Origin: an uncultured Planctomycetota bacterium
GTDB taxonomy: Bacteria; Planctomycetota; PUPC01
NCBI GenBank assembly: GCA_964494245.1
Contig: CAZBRH010000007.1
Coordinates: 3,566 to 39,192, forward strand
Reading direction: 5' to 3'
Length of the DNA stretch: 35,627 nt
Part shown: positions 16,120 to 26,177 of the stretch, piece after piece
Numbering within the stretch: the first letter of the stretch is position 1
How the letters are laid out: each line of letters starts with the position of its first letter
Program-made: the position numbers and the translations under genes
Notes under the pieces: model-generated
Seen by the model: only the letters and a program-made list of their open reading frames with translations
The model's database searches: none
Told to the model about the DNA's origin: nothing

Positions 16120-19100
16120 GTGACGCTTCGTGTTTCTCGCCTTGCCCTTTGTATCCTCGCTGCATGGCCTGCCGCGGTTTCCGGCGGGCAGGCGCCCGAG
16201 CCGCGTATTCGGGCACTCGATGTGGCCGCTGCCAACCCGGCGGATGCTGCGGTTGTGCGCGGCCTTTGGACGAGTCGGCCGGGCGGAGATTTTCGCGCCG
16301 AGCAGATTGCCGCTGACCTCTATCGCCTCGGGGTCGTCGGCTGCGTGCCCGCGCGGTTCAAGGCACAGTTCGATAACGACGGCATCGGCTTGTCACTCGA
16401 AGCTGCTCCCGCTGATAAACCGCTCCCGCCCGTCCTTGCCAGCGTCGAGATTGCAGGTGGTGTGCCAGAGATGGATCGGCGCTGTCGGCCGCTTTTGCGC
16501 CAGCGTCCATCGACGCTGTTTCAGGCGCGTCGTATCGATTATCGCGGAATGTTCTTGGATGCCGTCCAAGTGGAACACGAATATCGCTCCGGCGGCTACC
16601 GCGATGCGCGGGTTCGGGCACTGGAGCTGTCCGGCGGCGCAGATTCGGCTGGGGCGCGGCTCGTCATTCGTGTAGAACCCGGAACACCTCACGCCCAGAG
16701 TGATACGCTGTCCGAGAAGGGGAGCGTCGATAAGAACGAACCACCTCTGCTCCATCATGTCGTCATCGATGGCGCGGGGGGGCTGCGTGATGAGGTGATG
16801 CGGCGGATCACCCTTCGCGCCGGCGAGCCGATTTCTCCGTCAGCGATGGACGCTGTCCGAAGCGCCCTCGAAGACCTCGGTGCTTTCACCGCGGTGGAAC
16901 TTCGGCTCGTGTCGCCGCCGGGCGCACCTGCCAACCGCCGCGACCTCGTTGTGCGGCTTGCGCGTTTCGACCCCGCGCGGGACATCTGCCCGGCGGAAGA
17001 ACTATATTACGAAATGGTCAAGAAGGTGATCCGCCTCTACAACAGCGGCGGCCCGCGTTCGCTGCGGCTCCGCGGGTTCACAACGTGGGGAGGGCGCTGG
17101 GTCCACGTGAACGCCGCTCTGGTTCGGCCGGGCTGGTCGCGGCTGCACGTCGCCTTCGGCGACGACGAGCCGAGCAAAGAATTCGTCTTCCTGCGGAGCG
17201 GCCGCCGCTCCGTCGTTGTCCTCCCCGGACTGAGCCGCCCGATCGAACTGCCTGAATCCGTCGCTTTGCGGTTTCGCTTTGCCATCCTTCCGCCCGATAT
17301 CAACACCGGTGCGCCGACTCAACTGGATATTGGCGCCGCCGTGACCAGTGGAACGGGGGACGCCGACGTGCTCTTTGCTTGGCCCGCCTTGCCGCCCGCC
17401 GCAGCTCATTTCACCGAACTTGCCCGGAACTTCGCCCTTGCGCCACCGGAACTCGAGGCCCCTGGCATCCTATCGTTTGCTGACCCGGACGACGCGGGGG
17501 GCCGCATCCGCCTCGCCATCGGTCCCGACCACCTCCCGCGTCTTCTGACCCGGCGCGACGCCGGCGGCCAGATCACCTGCCGGCTTGAAATCGAAATCAA
17601 CCCTGAACTGACGGAGGCGGCGCCGCCGTTGCCCGCAGATGCTGACCGGGCAGCGGGACGAGCACTGATGGTGCCTACCCTCTTCGCGCTCGGTCTGACC
17701 GACGCCGCCGTGCAAATGGCCGAGGAAGCCGCCGCCGAACACCCGGAAAGCGCAACGTGCCTCGCCGTGCGCGGGCTGGCCCGCCTCGCATCCGGCCCGA
17801 CAGAGGCGGGGCTGGCCGACCTCCGCGCCGCATACGAGCTTTCCTCCCATCCCGCCTACGCACTGCTTCTTGCCGAAACGCTCATCAGCGGCCGCCGGTT
17901 CCGCGAGGCCGCAGACGTTTGCTCCAAACTCCTCGCATCCGGCACGAAACCATCCGCAACGCTCGACCCCGCCGGCCTCATCCTCGCAGCGAACATCAAC
18001 GTGCGTTCCGCACTCGATGCCCTCACAGATAAGCCGCCAGATTACCAGCGCCGCGCGGCGGCAGATTGCGCCGTTGCTTACATCGGCCTCGGCGAATACG
18101 AGAAGGCAGCCCAATTGGCCGCGACGCTGCTCGTGGACGCCCAGGCCGACCCGCAGGCCGCCGAGCTCCTCGCACGTTCCAGACTGAGTCTGGGGCAGCC
18201 CGACGCGGCGCTCGACGCCGTATCGAAAATCGCCGCCGGAAAGCGAAACGCACAGCTGGAGGTCTACGCCGCGCTCGCGCACCTGATGCGCAGCGACGAG
18301 GCCGAGGCCGCGCTCGCACTTGGCCGCGCCATACGGAAAGCCCCTGCCACGGCGCGGAACCTTCCGCTGCTTCAGGAACGCGCCGCCGAGATTCACGAAC
18401 GGTTCCAAGAGTCCTCCGCAGCCGCCGCCCTTGCCAGGGCATTCGACCGCGCCGAGCGAACGCTCTTTCCCATCGACCCTGTCGCGAAGCCCGCGGCATT
18501 CGTGAACGGCGCCCCAATCCTCGAATCCGATGTCGAAGCGCTCTTGGCGCAGGCCGGCCACCGGGACGCTGATCTGCGGGCGCAGGCGCTGAACCAACTT
18601 ATCGAAGACGCGCTTGTCGTGCGCTGGGCGGTGTCGCATGGCGCCGCGGCGTCCAACGAAGAAATCAGCCGCGTCCTCGCGGAGGAAGCCCGCACCGTCG
18701 GCGTTCCCGATGTCGCCGCATATGCCGAATGGCTCGAAGCGAATGGGAGCGGCCTCGCCACCCGCCGCACCCGGATTACCCACAGCATCCTCAAGCAAGA
18801 GGCATTCTCGCGCGTCCTCGCAGAAACCGCCCTTGTCCGGCCCTTCGAAGTTCGCGCCTACTACGAGGAACATCCCGCCGAATTCCGCGAACCGCCTCTC
18901 GCGCGGTTCCGTATGATCACGCTCGAGTACCGGCGGTTTCAGAACGACGACCGCGCGGTGGAGCTCGCCGCTGCGCTGCTGCGCCGCCTGCGCGAAAAGC
19001 CCGATGACTTCGCGGAGGCCGCGCGGCAGTATTCGCACGACGCGAACCGGGATTCGGGAGGCCTTTGGCAGGGCGTGGCGCAAGGTTCGCTCGTCGCCCC

Positions 19101-19347
19101 GCTCGACGGAGCAGTCTTCACTGCGAAGCCCGGCGAAGTTGTTGGCCCGATCCGTTCCGAGAAGGCCTGCCACATCGTTCGCGTCGAGGATGTGCGGCCG
19201 GAGCGCATGCTCTCGCTGGAAGAGGCCGCGCCGCGAATCGTGCGGAAACTCCACGTTCTTCGCGCCCGAGCCGAAATCGCAGCGTGGGTCGATCGGCTCA
19301 AGGCGCGGTCATACATCGAAATCGTCGGCGCTACTTCCAACCCATAA
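16120..19347 (+). CDS. Large periplasmic protein with a C-terminal SurA-N-like domain and a PpiC/parvulin peptidyl-prolyl isomerase domain
   Basis: 1075 aa starting at GTG, with signal peptide MTLRVSRLALCILAAWPAAVSG. The middle is Ala/Leu-rich and TPR-like. The C-terminus reads ILESDVEALL...LIEDALVVRWA (SurA_N-like), then RFRMITLEY...ARQYSHDANRDSGGLWQGVAQGSLVAPLDGAVFTAKPGEVVGPIRSEKACHIVRVED (parvulin rotamase). Confidence 0.7.
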   Translation: MTLRVSRLALCILAAWPAAVSGGQAPEPRIRALDVAAANPADAAVVRGLWTSRPGGDFRAEQIAADLYRLGVVGCVPARFKAQFDNDGIGLSLEAAPADKPLPPVLASVEIAGGVPEMDRRCRPLLRQRPSTLFQARRIDYRGMFLDAVQVEHEYRSGGYRDARVRALELSGGADSAGARLVIRVEPGTPHAQSDTLSEKGSVDKNEPPLLHHVVIDGAGGLRDEVMRRITLRAGEPISPSAMDAVRSALEDLGAFTAVELRLVSPPGAPANRRDLVVRLARFDPARDICPAEELYYEMVKKVIRLYNSGGPRSLRLRGFTTWGGRWVHVNAALVRPGWSRLHVAFGDDEPSKEFVFLRSGRRSVVVLPGLSRPIELPESVALRFRFAILPPDINTGAPTQLDIGAAVTSGTGDADVLFAWPALPPAAAHFTELARNFALAPPELEAPGILSFADPDDAGGRIRLAIGPDHLPRLLTRRDAGGQITCRLEIEINPELTEAAPPLPADADRAAGRALMVPTLFALGLTDAAVQMAEEAAAEHPESATCLAVRGLARLASGPTEAGLADLRAAYELSSHPAYALLLAETLISGRRFREAADVCSKLLASGTKPSATLDPAGLILAANINVRSALDALTDKPPDYQRRAAADCAVAYIGLGEYEKAAQLAATLLVDAQADPQAAELLARSRLSLGQPDAALDAVSKIAAGKRNAQLEVYAALAHLMRSDEAEAALALGRAIRKAPATARNLPLLQERAAEIHERFQESSAAAALARAFDRAERTLFPIDPVAKPAAFVNGAPILESDVEALLAQAGHRDADLRAQALNQLIEDALVVRWAVSHGAAASNEEISRVLAEEARTVGVPDVAAYAEWLEANGSGLATRRTRITHSILKQEAFSRVLAETALVRPFEVRAYYEEHPAEFREPPLARFRMITLEYRRFQNDDRAVELAAALLRRLREKPDDFAEAARQYSHDANRDSGGLWQGVAQGSLVAPLDGAVFTAKPGEVVGPIRSEKACHIVRVEDVRPERMLSLEEAAPRIVRKLHVLRARAEIAAWVDRLKARSYIEIVGATSNP

Positions 19348-20077
19348 GACGGTGCACTTGAGGGATGACGCGGACGTCGCGGAGGACACGAAGCGCCGCC
19401 GTCTGGAGTTCGTAAAGCCGCTCTGCACCCGGCGGCCGGATGCCAACGGACACGGCGCTGACCGGCTGAATGACGAACGGGATGTCGCGCCCGACGGACG
19501 CGACGACCTCTGCCGCCGCCGTCAACTCGGCCGCACTTGTTCTGTCCGTGGCGATGACTTTCACGAACACCTCGCTCGCAGAAGCGATAGAGAGGAAATC
19601 GTGGGCCACCCTGGGATCGGTTGCGCGGCCGCAGGCGGACGCCAGTTTGATGTCCGCCGCGATCGTCCGAACAAGCCCAATGACCTTCTCAAGTTCGCGC
19701 GGGAGCGTGCCGTTCGTCTCAAGATAGAAGTCCCGCCCGCCGCAAAGCGGGATGAGCTCAGCGATCAAGTCCGCCGTCAAGAGCGGCTCGCCGCCGGTCA
19801 AACTGATGGCGTCGTGGCTCCTGTCGGAATCGAGCCGTGCGATGGCCGCCGCGAGCGTGGCCACGTCGGCTGGGTTTGCCACGTCATCGTATCGGCGCGC
19901 TCCGGGCGAACGCTCGATTCGAGCCATCGGGACCGGCTCACGTGCCGCGGGCGTATCACAACAGGCGCACGAGAGGTTGCAACCGGCGAAGCGGACGAAG
20001 AGGTGCCGGCGTCCCACGTAGATGCCCTCGCCCTGAATGCCGCTGAACACCTCGACGATATGCGCCGTGGATGTCAT
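19331..20077 (-). CDS. queE: 7-carboxy-7-deazaguanine synthase (radical SAM)
   Basis: 248 aa. EVFSGIQGEGIYVGRRHLFVRFAGCNLSCACCDTP is the QueE-type CxxxCxxC motif followed by DT. Also present are SLTGGEPLL and YLETNGT. The ATG overlaps the addA stop (ATGA at 20074-20077). Confidence 0.8.
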   Translation of the reverse strand: MTSTAHIVEVFSGIQGEGIYVGRRHLFVRFAGCNLSCACCDTPAAREPVPMARIERSPGARRYDDVANPADVATLAAAIARLDSDRSHDAISLTGGEPLLTADLIAELIPLCGGRDFYLETNGTLPRELEKVIGLVRTIAADIKLASACGRATDPRVAHDFLSIASASEVFVKVIATDRTSAAELTAAAEVVASVGRDIPFVIQPVSAVSVGIRPPGAERLYELQTAALRVLRDVRVIPQVHRLMGWK

Positions 20078-23043
20078 AGCGCGTTTCTCACCGCGCCGGC
20101 CAGATCGTCCGTGAACTCGATGGCAACTTCCTTTCCCGCGGCAAGGAAGAGGATCGAGACAGAGCGGGGGGGCTTGCCAAAGACCTCCTGCGCAGCAAGG
20201 GCGTATGCTCCAAGCTGCATCCGATAGCGCTGCGCGTGCTCGTCGGCTGTTTCCGCCGGGACCTCGTCGGTTTTGTAGTCCACAAGCCGCAGTCCATCGC
20301 CATCGTCGAACGCGAGGTCGATTCGCCCTTCGAGGATGGCGCCGCCGACAGATACAGTAAACGGCACTTCCTGGTATGTTCGAGCGGCCTTGGCGGCGCG
20401 GCGGACTGCCTCCATTGCGAGCGCCCGAGAGGCCAATGCGGCGATGCGTTGGGACTGTTCGGGCACGCCTTGGTGGGCCGCCGCTTCGGCGGCAAGCTCG
20501 GCAAGCCCTTCGCCCGTGGCGAGGTCAAGGTGCTCCAAGACGGCGTGCACGGCGCTTCCAACGAGGCGGGCGGTCACGTTCTCGCGCTCGGCCGGGCCGA
20601 AATCCTCGTGTCCCCACTCTTCAAGGGACGAGGCCGCCCGCAGGCGCCGGCCCTCCGCAGCGCGAGCGATCAGCGCTTCGCGTTCCTGAATCCATTCTTC
20701 GCGCTTCCGGCACAGCGCGGCGCATTCATCGTCCGACGGCTCCGATGGGAATCGCACGCGGAATGCGCGGAGCTTGTCCCTTGCCGCGGGGAGGGCGTCC
20801 GCGATGATTTCCGTCTGAAACGCACTGGTCAACTCCGGCGCGAGATCGGCCAGGTATGCCGCATATCCTCCGGGCTTGTTCCCTTTGAGGAAACGCGGCA
20901 GAATGAGCCGGTCGCGGGCGCGCGTCGCAGCGACGTAGAAAAGGCGCCGGTCTTCCGCTTCTTCGCGGAGCTTTTCGCTGGCGTCTGCCGCGGTGAAGCC
21001 GGTGGTCTGGATTCCCAGTTCCTTGCCGCCGAGCTTGGCGTCGAATGTGCCCGCGGAGCGGTGGACTACGCACCGGACGCTGTCCGAGCGGCCGCCGCCG
21101 TCGCTCGACATGTCGGCGATGACCACGACGGGGAACTCCAGTCCTTTCGCCTTGTGAATGGTGAGGAGTTGGACGAAGTCGCCCTCTTCGGCGAGCGGGA
21201 ATTCGGCTTCCTCGGCGGCGGTCGTTTGTTGGCGGAGCCATTCGACAAAGCCGCCGAAGGTCGCGCCGGGGGTCTGTTCGAACGCCCGGGCTGCGTCAAT
21301 GACCTTGTTGAGGTTCGCCACGCGCTGCTCGCCGTCCGGCTTCAGGTAGAAAAGTTCGAAGGCTTTCGTGTCAGAAAGGACGCGTTGCACAAGCCGCGAG
21401 ATGCTCGACGCGTTTCGCTCCTCGTGCCAGCGCGAGAGCAGCCGGAAGGCCTCGGCGACATGCGGATTCGTGCGTGGTTCGGCAGTCGCCCCATACTGAA
21501 ATCCGCTCTCGGCGGCGGACGCGAGTTCGTCGTCGGCCACACCGAGCAGCGAGGATCGGAGAGCGCTGACGACGGCCAGCTCATCGAACGGACGCTCGAT
21601 GGCGGCCAGAACAGAGCTCAGTTCGCAAACTTCCTGGCGGGCAAAGAACTCCTTGCCGACCACGGAACGGAAGGGGATGTCCGCGGCGGCGAGCGCCTCT
21701 TCGTAAAGGTTCAACGCTGTGCGCGCTCGGAAGAGCAGAGCGACGTCACCCCATTGGGCCGGGCGGGTGCGGTTGAGCCCTTTGTCGTAGATTGGGTCGC
21801 CGCGCTCAACGAGAGCGCGAATTTCGGCGGCGATGGCAGCGGCCTCGGCAGCGCGCGCTTCGCCAATCTTATTGAAGGTCACCCCTTCGGGCGGGCGGAG
21901 GACCGCCACGCGTGGGCCCGGGCCGTCGCGGAAGGGGGCGATGGGCGTATAGTCCGGCTGATACGCCCCGTCGGTCGGCCGCTGAATCAGTTCGGCAAAG
22001 ACGGCGTTGAACCAGTGGACACACGGGGCGGCGCTGCGGAAGTTCTGGCGGATGTGGACGAGTTTGCCGGAGCGCGCGACGACCTGTTTGGCCTCCTCGT
22101 AGGTTTCGATGTCGGCTCGGCGGAACCGGTAGATGGATTGCTTCGGGTCGCCGACGAAGAGGAGCTTGCCGGGCGCAAGGCGGACATCGCGCCAATCGGC
22201 CGCGCGGGCGCCGTCCTCGGCCAGAAAGAAGACGAGCTCAATCTGAAGCGGGTCGGTGTCCTGGCATTCGTCGATGAGGATCAACTTGAACTGCTGCTGG
22301 AAGTGGCGGCGGACTTCGCGGTTGTCCCGCAGGAGGTCGCGCGCCTTTCGCAGGAGGTCGTCGAAGTCGAGAAGGGCGCGCTCGCGCTTTGCAGCGTCGA
22401 ACGCCTCGATGACTTCGGCGAGCGTGTCATGGAGCGAGCAGACGAGAGCGTGGTTCGCGTCTTCCGGTGCGCCGTCGGCCGGGCGGAGGCCGCGGTGGGC
22501 GCGGAGGAATTCGGCGAAGCCGCGTAGGTGCCGCTCGGTGCTCAGGCCAGCTTCCAGGGCAGGGCGAAGTGGGCTGTTCTCATCGCCGAGTTGGCGGACG
22601 AGCCAGTCTGTCCACACCTCGTCAAAGAGCAGGTCGGCGGTGAGTTTTTCGGCGATCTCGAAGCCCGGATCGATGGAGGCCTCTACGGGACGCTCGCGGA
22701 GCAGCGCCGCTGCAAAGGAGTGAATCGTCGATACGTGCGCCGTGTCGAGGTCGGCCAGTGCCTGCCGAAGCCGCTCCGCCTCGGTTCCCGTTGCTTTGGC
22801 ACATAGGCGTTCGAGGTCATCGCGCAGGCGGACTTTGAGTTCGCTTGCGGCGGGCTCGGTGAAGGTGATTGCGACGATTTCAGAGAGGCGGGCGCGGCCC
22901 GTGCGTGCGGCTTCGATGATCCGTGCGGTGAGCAAGGATGTCTTGCCGGTTCCCGCGCCGGCCTCGACGGCGAAGCTTGTGTCGAGGTCGTGCACGATGC
23001 GGTCGCGGATGTCTTGGTCAATGGGCGTGGCGCTGCCGGTCAT
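20074..23043 (-). CDS. addA: UvrD/Rep-family helicase with C-terminal PD-(D/E)xK nuclease (AddA-type helicase-nuclease subunit A)
   Basis: Track ORF 20074..23154, trimmed to ATG 23043, which shares ATGA with the upstream stop. Walker A is AGAGTGKTS. Also present are DECQDT and helicase motifs (TIHKAKGLEFPVV, YVAATRAR). The C-terminal nuclease motif is GRIDLAFDDGDGLRLVDYKTDEV. Confidence 0.8.
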   Translation of the reverse strand: MTGSATPIDQDIRDRIVHDLDTSFAVEAGAGTGKTSLLTARIIEAARTGRARLSEIVAITFTEPAASELKVRLRDDLERLCAKATGTEAERLRQALADLDTAHVSTIHSFAAALLRERPVEASIDPGFEIAEKLTADLLFDEVWTDWLVRQLGDENSPLRPALEAGLSTERHLRGFAEFLRAHRGLRPADGAPEDANHALVCSLHDTLAEVIEAFDAAKRERALLDFDDLLRKARDLLRDNREVRRHFQQQFKLILIDECQDTDPLQIELVFFLAEDGARAADWRDVRLAPGKLLFVGDPKQSIYRFRRADIETYEEAKQVVARSGKLVHIRQNFRSAAPCVHWFNAVFAELIQRPTDGAYQPDYTPIAPFRDGPGPRVAVLRPPEGVTFNKIGEARAAEAAAIAAEIRALVERGDPIYDKGLNRTRPAQWGDVALLFRARTALNLYEEALAAADIPFRSVVGKEFFARQEVCELSSVLAAIERPFDELAVVSALRSSLLGVADDELASAAESGFQYGATAEPRTNPHVAEAFRLLSRWHEERNASSISRLVQRVLSDTKAFELFYLKPDGEQRVANLNKVIDAARAFEQTPGATFGGFVEWLRQQTTAAEEAEFPLAEEGDFVQLLTIHKAKGLEFPVVVIADMSSDGGGRSDSVRCVVHRSAGTFDAKLGGKELGIQTTGFTAADASEKLREEAEDRRLFYVAATRARDRLILPRFLKGNKPGGYAAYLADLAPELTSAFQTEIIADALPAARDKLRAFRVRFPSEPSDDECAALCRKREEWIQEREALIARAAEGRRLRAASSLEEWGHEDFGPAERENVTARLVGSAVHAVLEHLDLATGEGLAELAAEAAAHQGVPEQSQRIAALASRALAMEAVRRAAKAARTYQEVPFTVSVGGAILEGRIDLAFDDGDGLRLVDYKTDEVPAETADEHAQRYRMQLGAYALAAQEVFGKPPRSVSILFLAAGKEVAIEFTDDLAGAVRNAL

Positions 23044-26000
23044 TGGATCTCCGCCAGTCGGAGCAGGTCGGCGACAGCGGGGTCGCCCTGCTTCCGCTCG
23101 AAAAGGATGTCGATGTTGGCGCCGCAGGCATCGCGGAAATCGCAGTTGCGACAATGTTTATCCGACGGAATCGCAAAGAAGAGGCCGCCTTCGATGCCTT
23201 CTTCGAGCGTTGTGATGATCTGCGTGAGGTCGCCCATCCGGTCGTCGAGCGCGTCGCGGCTGAACCTGACGGTCTTGAATCCGCCGCGTTCCGACGGAAA
23301 GACATAGGCGGCTTCGGTGATGTTGCGGTCGGTCCGGAGCATCTGTGCCGCGAGTATGTAGATCGGCAATTGAAGCGCCCGCCCCCCAAGGAAGGCATCA
23401 TCCTTGTAGCGGTCGCGGTCGGCGCTGCCGGTCTTATAGTCGATGACGCGGGCATCGGAATCGCCGACTTCGTCGATGCGGTCGATCTTGCCCTTGAAGC
23501 GAAGGACGCGGCGGCCGATTCGGAGTTCAAGGGGTTGCTCGGTGGATGCGCGGTCCTCGAAATCGCCGCGTGGGGGCATGCCAAACCGCGTCTCGAACAT
23601 CGCGGGGCGCGCGCCAAGCTGTTCGCGCTCCTCTGTATCGAGTCCCGCGTAGGTTTCGAGATCTCGCACAATCCGTTGACGTTCGATGGCCCAGGTCAGG
23701 GCAGGACCGGTAGCGATCTGTGCGCGGAACTCCTCCTCGGCAGCATGGCGCAGTTCCGCGGCGAGGCGTTCAGCCGGAACATCTCCCTCCGTTCCAAAGC
23801 ATGCGGTGTAGGCGCGGTGAAAAATCCGGTGCACGAGGGAACCGCGCTCCGGAGCGCTCATCTGCTCGATGCGCTCCGGGTCCTCGATCCGCTCGACGTT
23901 CAGGACTTGGCTGACGAAATAAGCAAACGGGCAAGTAGCGTATTGTTCGAGCCGCGTGGGCGACAGGATTTCATCCGCCGTGCGCTCCTCTCTGGTTTTT
24001 CCGACAATGCCGTCGAACCGGGTGAAACGCGGCACGCGCCACCGCGCCGTCTCGGCCTCGATGCCCCGCTGGAACCGCGGCGAGATGCGGGCGAGGTAGA
24101 GCACCCGGCCAGGCCGCGAGCTGGCGGCGAGGTCTATGACGGTCGCCAGATCGTAATCGTCGGCGTTCAGCGCAGGGCGTCCGCCCCCCGATGAGATCAG
24201 GAACGGCACCCGTGCGAAGCCGGGAGCGTGCTCGATGGTCGAGTAGTTGTGGCGTTCGCCCGTCTGCGCCTCGGCAAGCCGGATGAGGAAGTGCGAGGGC
24301 ACACGCTCGCGGGCCGTTGCGACGTCGAGTCGGGAATACGTGAGCGTTACCCGTTCCGAAGCCGCAGAGACGGCGAGAGCGAAGAGCATCCGTTCTTCTA
24401 CAGGCCGCGCGGACTTTGCGGGCAACAGGACGTCTTCTCCTGCCCGCCGAGCAATCTCGTGCCGCTCGGTGTCCAGCAGGATCGGGTCCTGCTTCCCCGC
24501 GGCCGGAAAGCTCTTCTCGGTCAGGCCGGGAACGACGACGGCTCGGAACTGGACGCCGCGCGCTTCGAGCAGGCCAGCAATGCAGACGCCGCCGCGCTGG
24601 AACTCGCCGGCCCTGTTTCGCGCCCGGTCAAGCTGGTCGCCGATGGCCTCTCGCACGTCGGCAAACGTCGCGCGGTCGCCGATCTCATCCAACTCGCACA
24701 GCTTTCGGACCTCGGCGGCTACACGGGAACGCTCCTCGGACGGAGCGATGAACTGCTCATACGCACGGAGCACGGCCCCGATCACTTCCGACCACGTGCC
24801 TTCGGCGGGGATGGAACGCCTCGCGTCTAGGAGTCTCTGCATGAAGGCCCGCAAGCGCGGCAGCTCCTTCAGCGCGGCGGATAGCTTCTTGTTCTTCTCG
24901 TTTCGCAGCCGGTCCAGACGCGGCAGCCAATTGTCCAGCCCCTCCGCGATGCCCGCCTGAATGGTAAGAAGGTCCCAGTGCGGCCGGTTGGGCGCGTGGC
25001 CAATGAGGCGTTCAAAATCGAGGGGAGCGAAGTGGACGAACTGCATGACGCGGTTGCGTGGCAGGTCGCTGCCCAGCAGGTCAGCCAGCATTTCGAGCGA
25101 GCGAGCCGCGGGGGTTTCGCAAAGCGGCGCGCCGCCGGCAACGAAGCACGGGACGCCGGACAGTTCGAAGGCGTCGCGGAGCAGGTGCGAGTATGCTTCG
25201 GGGTTGCGGAGCAGGACGCCGATTTCGTGGAACGGAATGCCGGTGGCGGCAAAGTCAATGACTTCGCGAACGACCTCGCGCGCCTCACGCACTTCGCCGG
25301 GAGCGGAAAGCACGCGGGCGGGCGGCGAATCAAGCGGCGCCCCTGCGGGGGGTCCGAATAGTCGCGTGGCCAACGAATCCCCACAGGGTGCGGCCGGCCG
25401 TTGCCGAAAGCCGTGTTGGGTGAACCAATTCGTCAGCGGACGCGCATACTCGAACGCCGGGGCGTCAAGCCACGGCACCATCGCCGTTGCCGACGGGGCA
25501 CCCGACGCAAGCGCGAGCACGAGCCGCCGCTGGAGCCCGTTCAGGTCGTCAAAGCCGTAGGCGATGAAAGCGGACTGCCGAACGAGATTGGAGCTAGGCG
25601 CGGCTTCTGCAGCAGCGACCAACAGGTCGGCGTCGTCGTGGAATCCAAGTTTCGCAAGGCGGTTTTCGTAGGTCTCGAAGATTCTCCGAAGAGCGGCGAA
25701 CTTCTCGCCCTTCACGCAGCCAAGTGCCGCCGGTCTGAGTCCCGCCTCCTTCAGGTCGCGGATAGACGCTGCCGCCGTTCGCACGAAGCCGGGCAGGTCA
25801 GAGACCTGTTCGAAGTAGCCGTGGGCGGTTTCGCGGATGCATTCGCGGACGAGGAAGGGCTCTGCGCCGGCCGGGAGCGGGCGGCGGCCGCGCGCCCGGA
25901 GCTCAGGCGTTCCGATCTGGCGAGCGATCTCGGCAAGCGTCAAGAACCGCACGTTCCAGAGCGGCAGCCGCTCGGCGACGAGTCGGCGCAGGAACGTGGC

Positions 26001-26177
26001 GAGCAGGTTCGACCCGACGAGCACAAGGACGGGAGCGCCGGCGTCGTCCGCCTTCGCCTTTCTGATGCTCTCGACAAGAGCATCTTCGAGCGTGGGACGA
26101 AACGAGCCAGTAATCAGTTCTCGCGGACTTTTGGGATTCATCGGGGAAAGTCTACTCCGACCGGCGGCGCGAGTCAA
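23040..26177 (-). CDS. addB: AddB-type helicase-nuclease subunit B (inactive helicase-like N-terminus, PD-(D/E)xK nuclease with Fe-S cluster cysteines)
   Basis: 1045 aa with no intact Walker A at the N-terminus (VLVLVGSNLLATF). The C-terminal nuclease reads YATCPFAYF ... RVIDYKTGS ... HCRNCDFRDACG, that is Cys plus CxxCx5C as in the AddB Fe-S domain. An alternative start at ATG 26141 (MNPKS...) would remove the 26-nt overlap with the upstream gene. Confidence 0.7.
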   Translation of the reverse strand: MTRAAGRSRLSPMNPKSPRELITGSFRPTLEDALVESIRKAKADDAGAPVLVLVGSNLLATFLRRLVAERLPLWNVRFLTLAEIARQIGTPELRARGRRPLPAGAEPFLVRECIRETAHGYFEQVSDLPGFVRTAAASIRDLKEAGLRPAALGCVKGEKFAALRRIFETYENRLAKLGFHDDADLLVAAAEAAPSSNLVRQSAFIAYGFDDLNGLQRRLVLALASGAPSATAMVPWLDAPAFEYARPLTNWFTQHGFRQRPAAPCGDSLATRLFGPPAGAPLDSPPARVLSAPGEVREAREVVREVIDFAATGIPFHEIGVLLRNPEAYSHLLRDAFELSGVPCFVAGGAPLCETPAARSLEMLADLLGSDLPRNRVMQFVHFAPLDFERLIGHAPNRPHWDLLTIQAGIAEGLDNWLPRLDRLRNEKNKKLSAALKELPRLRAFMQRLLDARRSIPAEGTWSEVIGAVLRAYEQFIAPSEERSRVAAEVRKLCELDEIGDRATFADVREAIGDQLDRARNRAGEFQRGGVCIAGLLEARGVQFRAVVVPGLTEKSFPAAGKQDPILLDTERHEIARRAGEDVLLPAKSARPVEERMLFALAVSAASERVTLTYSRLDVATARERVPSHFLIRLAEAQTGERHNYSTIEHAPGFARVPFLISSGGGRPALNADDYDLATVIDLAASSRPGRVLYLARISPRFQRGIEAETARWRVPRFTRFDGIVGKTREERTADEILSPTRLEQYATCPFAYFVSQVLNVERIEDPERIEQMSAPERGSLVHRIFHRAYTACFGTEGDVPAERLAAELRHAAEEEFRAQIATGPALTWAIERQRIVRDLETYAGLDTEEREQLGARPAMFETRFGMPPRGDFEDRASTEQPLELRIGRRVLRFKGKIDRIDEVGDSDARVIDYKTGSADRDRYKDDAFLGGRALQLPIYILAAQMLRTDRNITEAAYVFPSERGGFKTVRFSRDALDDRMGDLTQIITTLEEGIEGGLFFAIPSDKHCRNCDFRDACGANIDILFERKQGDPAVADLLRLAEIQ

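Noticed and set aside
19331-20077. queE as part of a Dpd-type 7-deazaguanine DNA-modification island.
   Set aside because: No tgt/dpdA-like, ParB-like dpdB, or queC/queD genes are in the window. Only the coupling to addAB is unusual, and that is kept as a cautious finding.
20074-26177. The helicase-nuclease pair as a phage-defence nuclease rather than housekeeping AddAB.
   Set aside because: It shows canonical AddA features (UvrD motifs plus a C-terminal RecB-type nuclease) and canonical AddB features (a degenerate helicase plus Fe-S-stapled nuclease cysteines CxxCx5C). The composition matches the surrounding genome, and there are no mobile-element markers.
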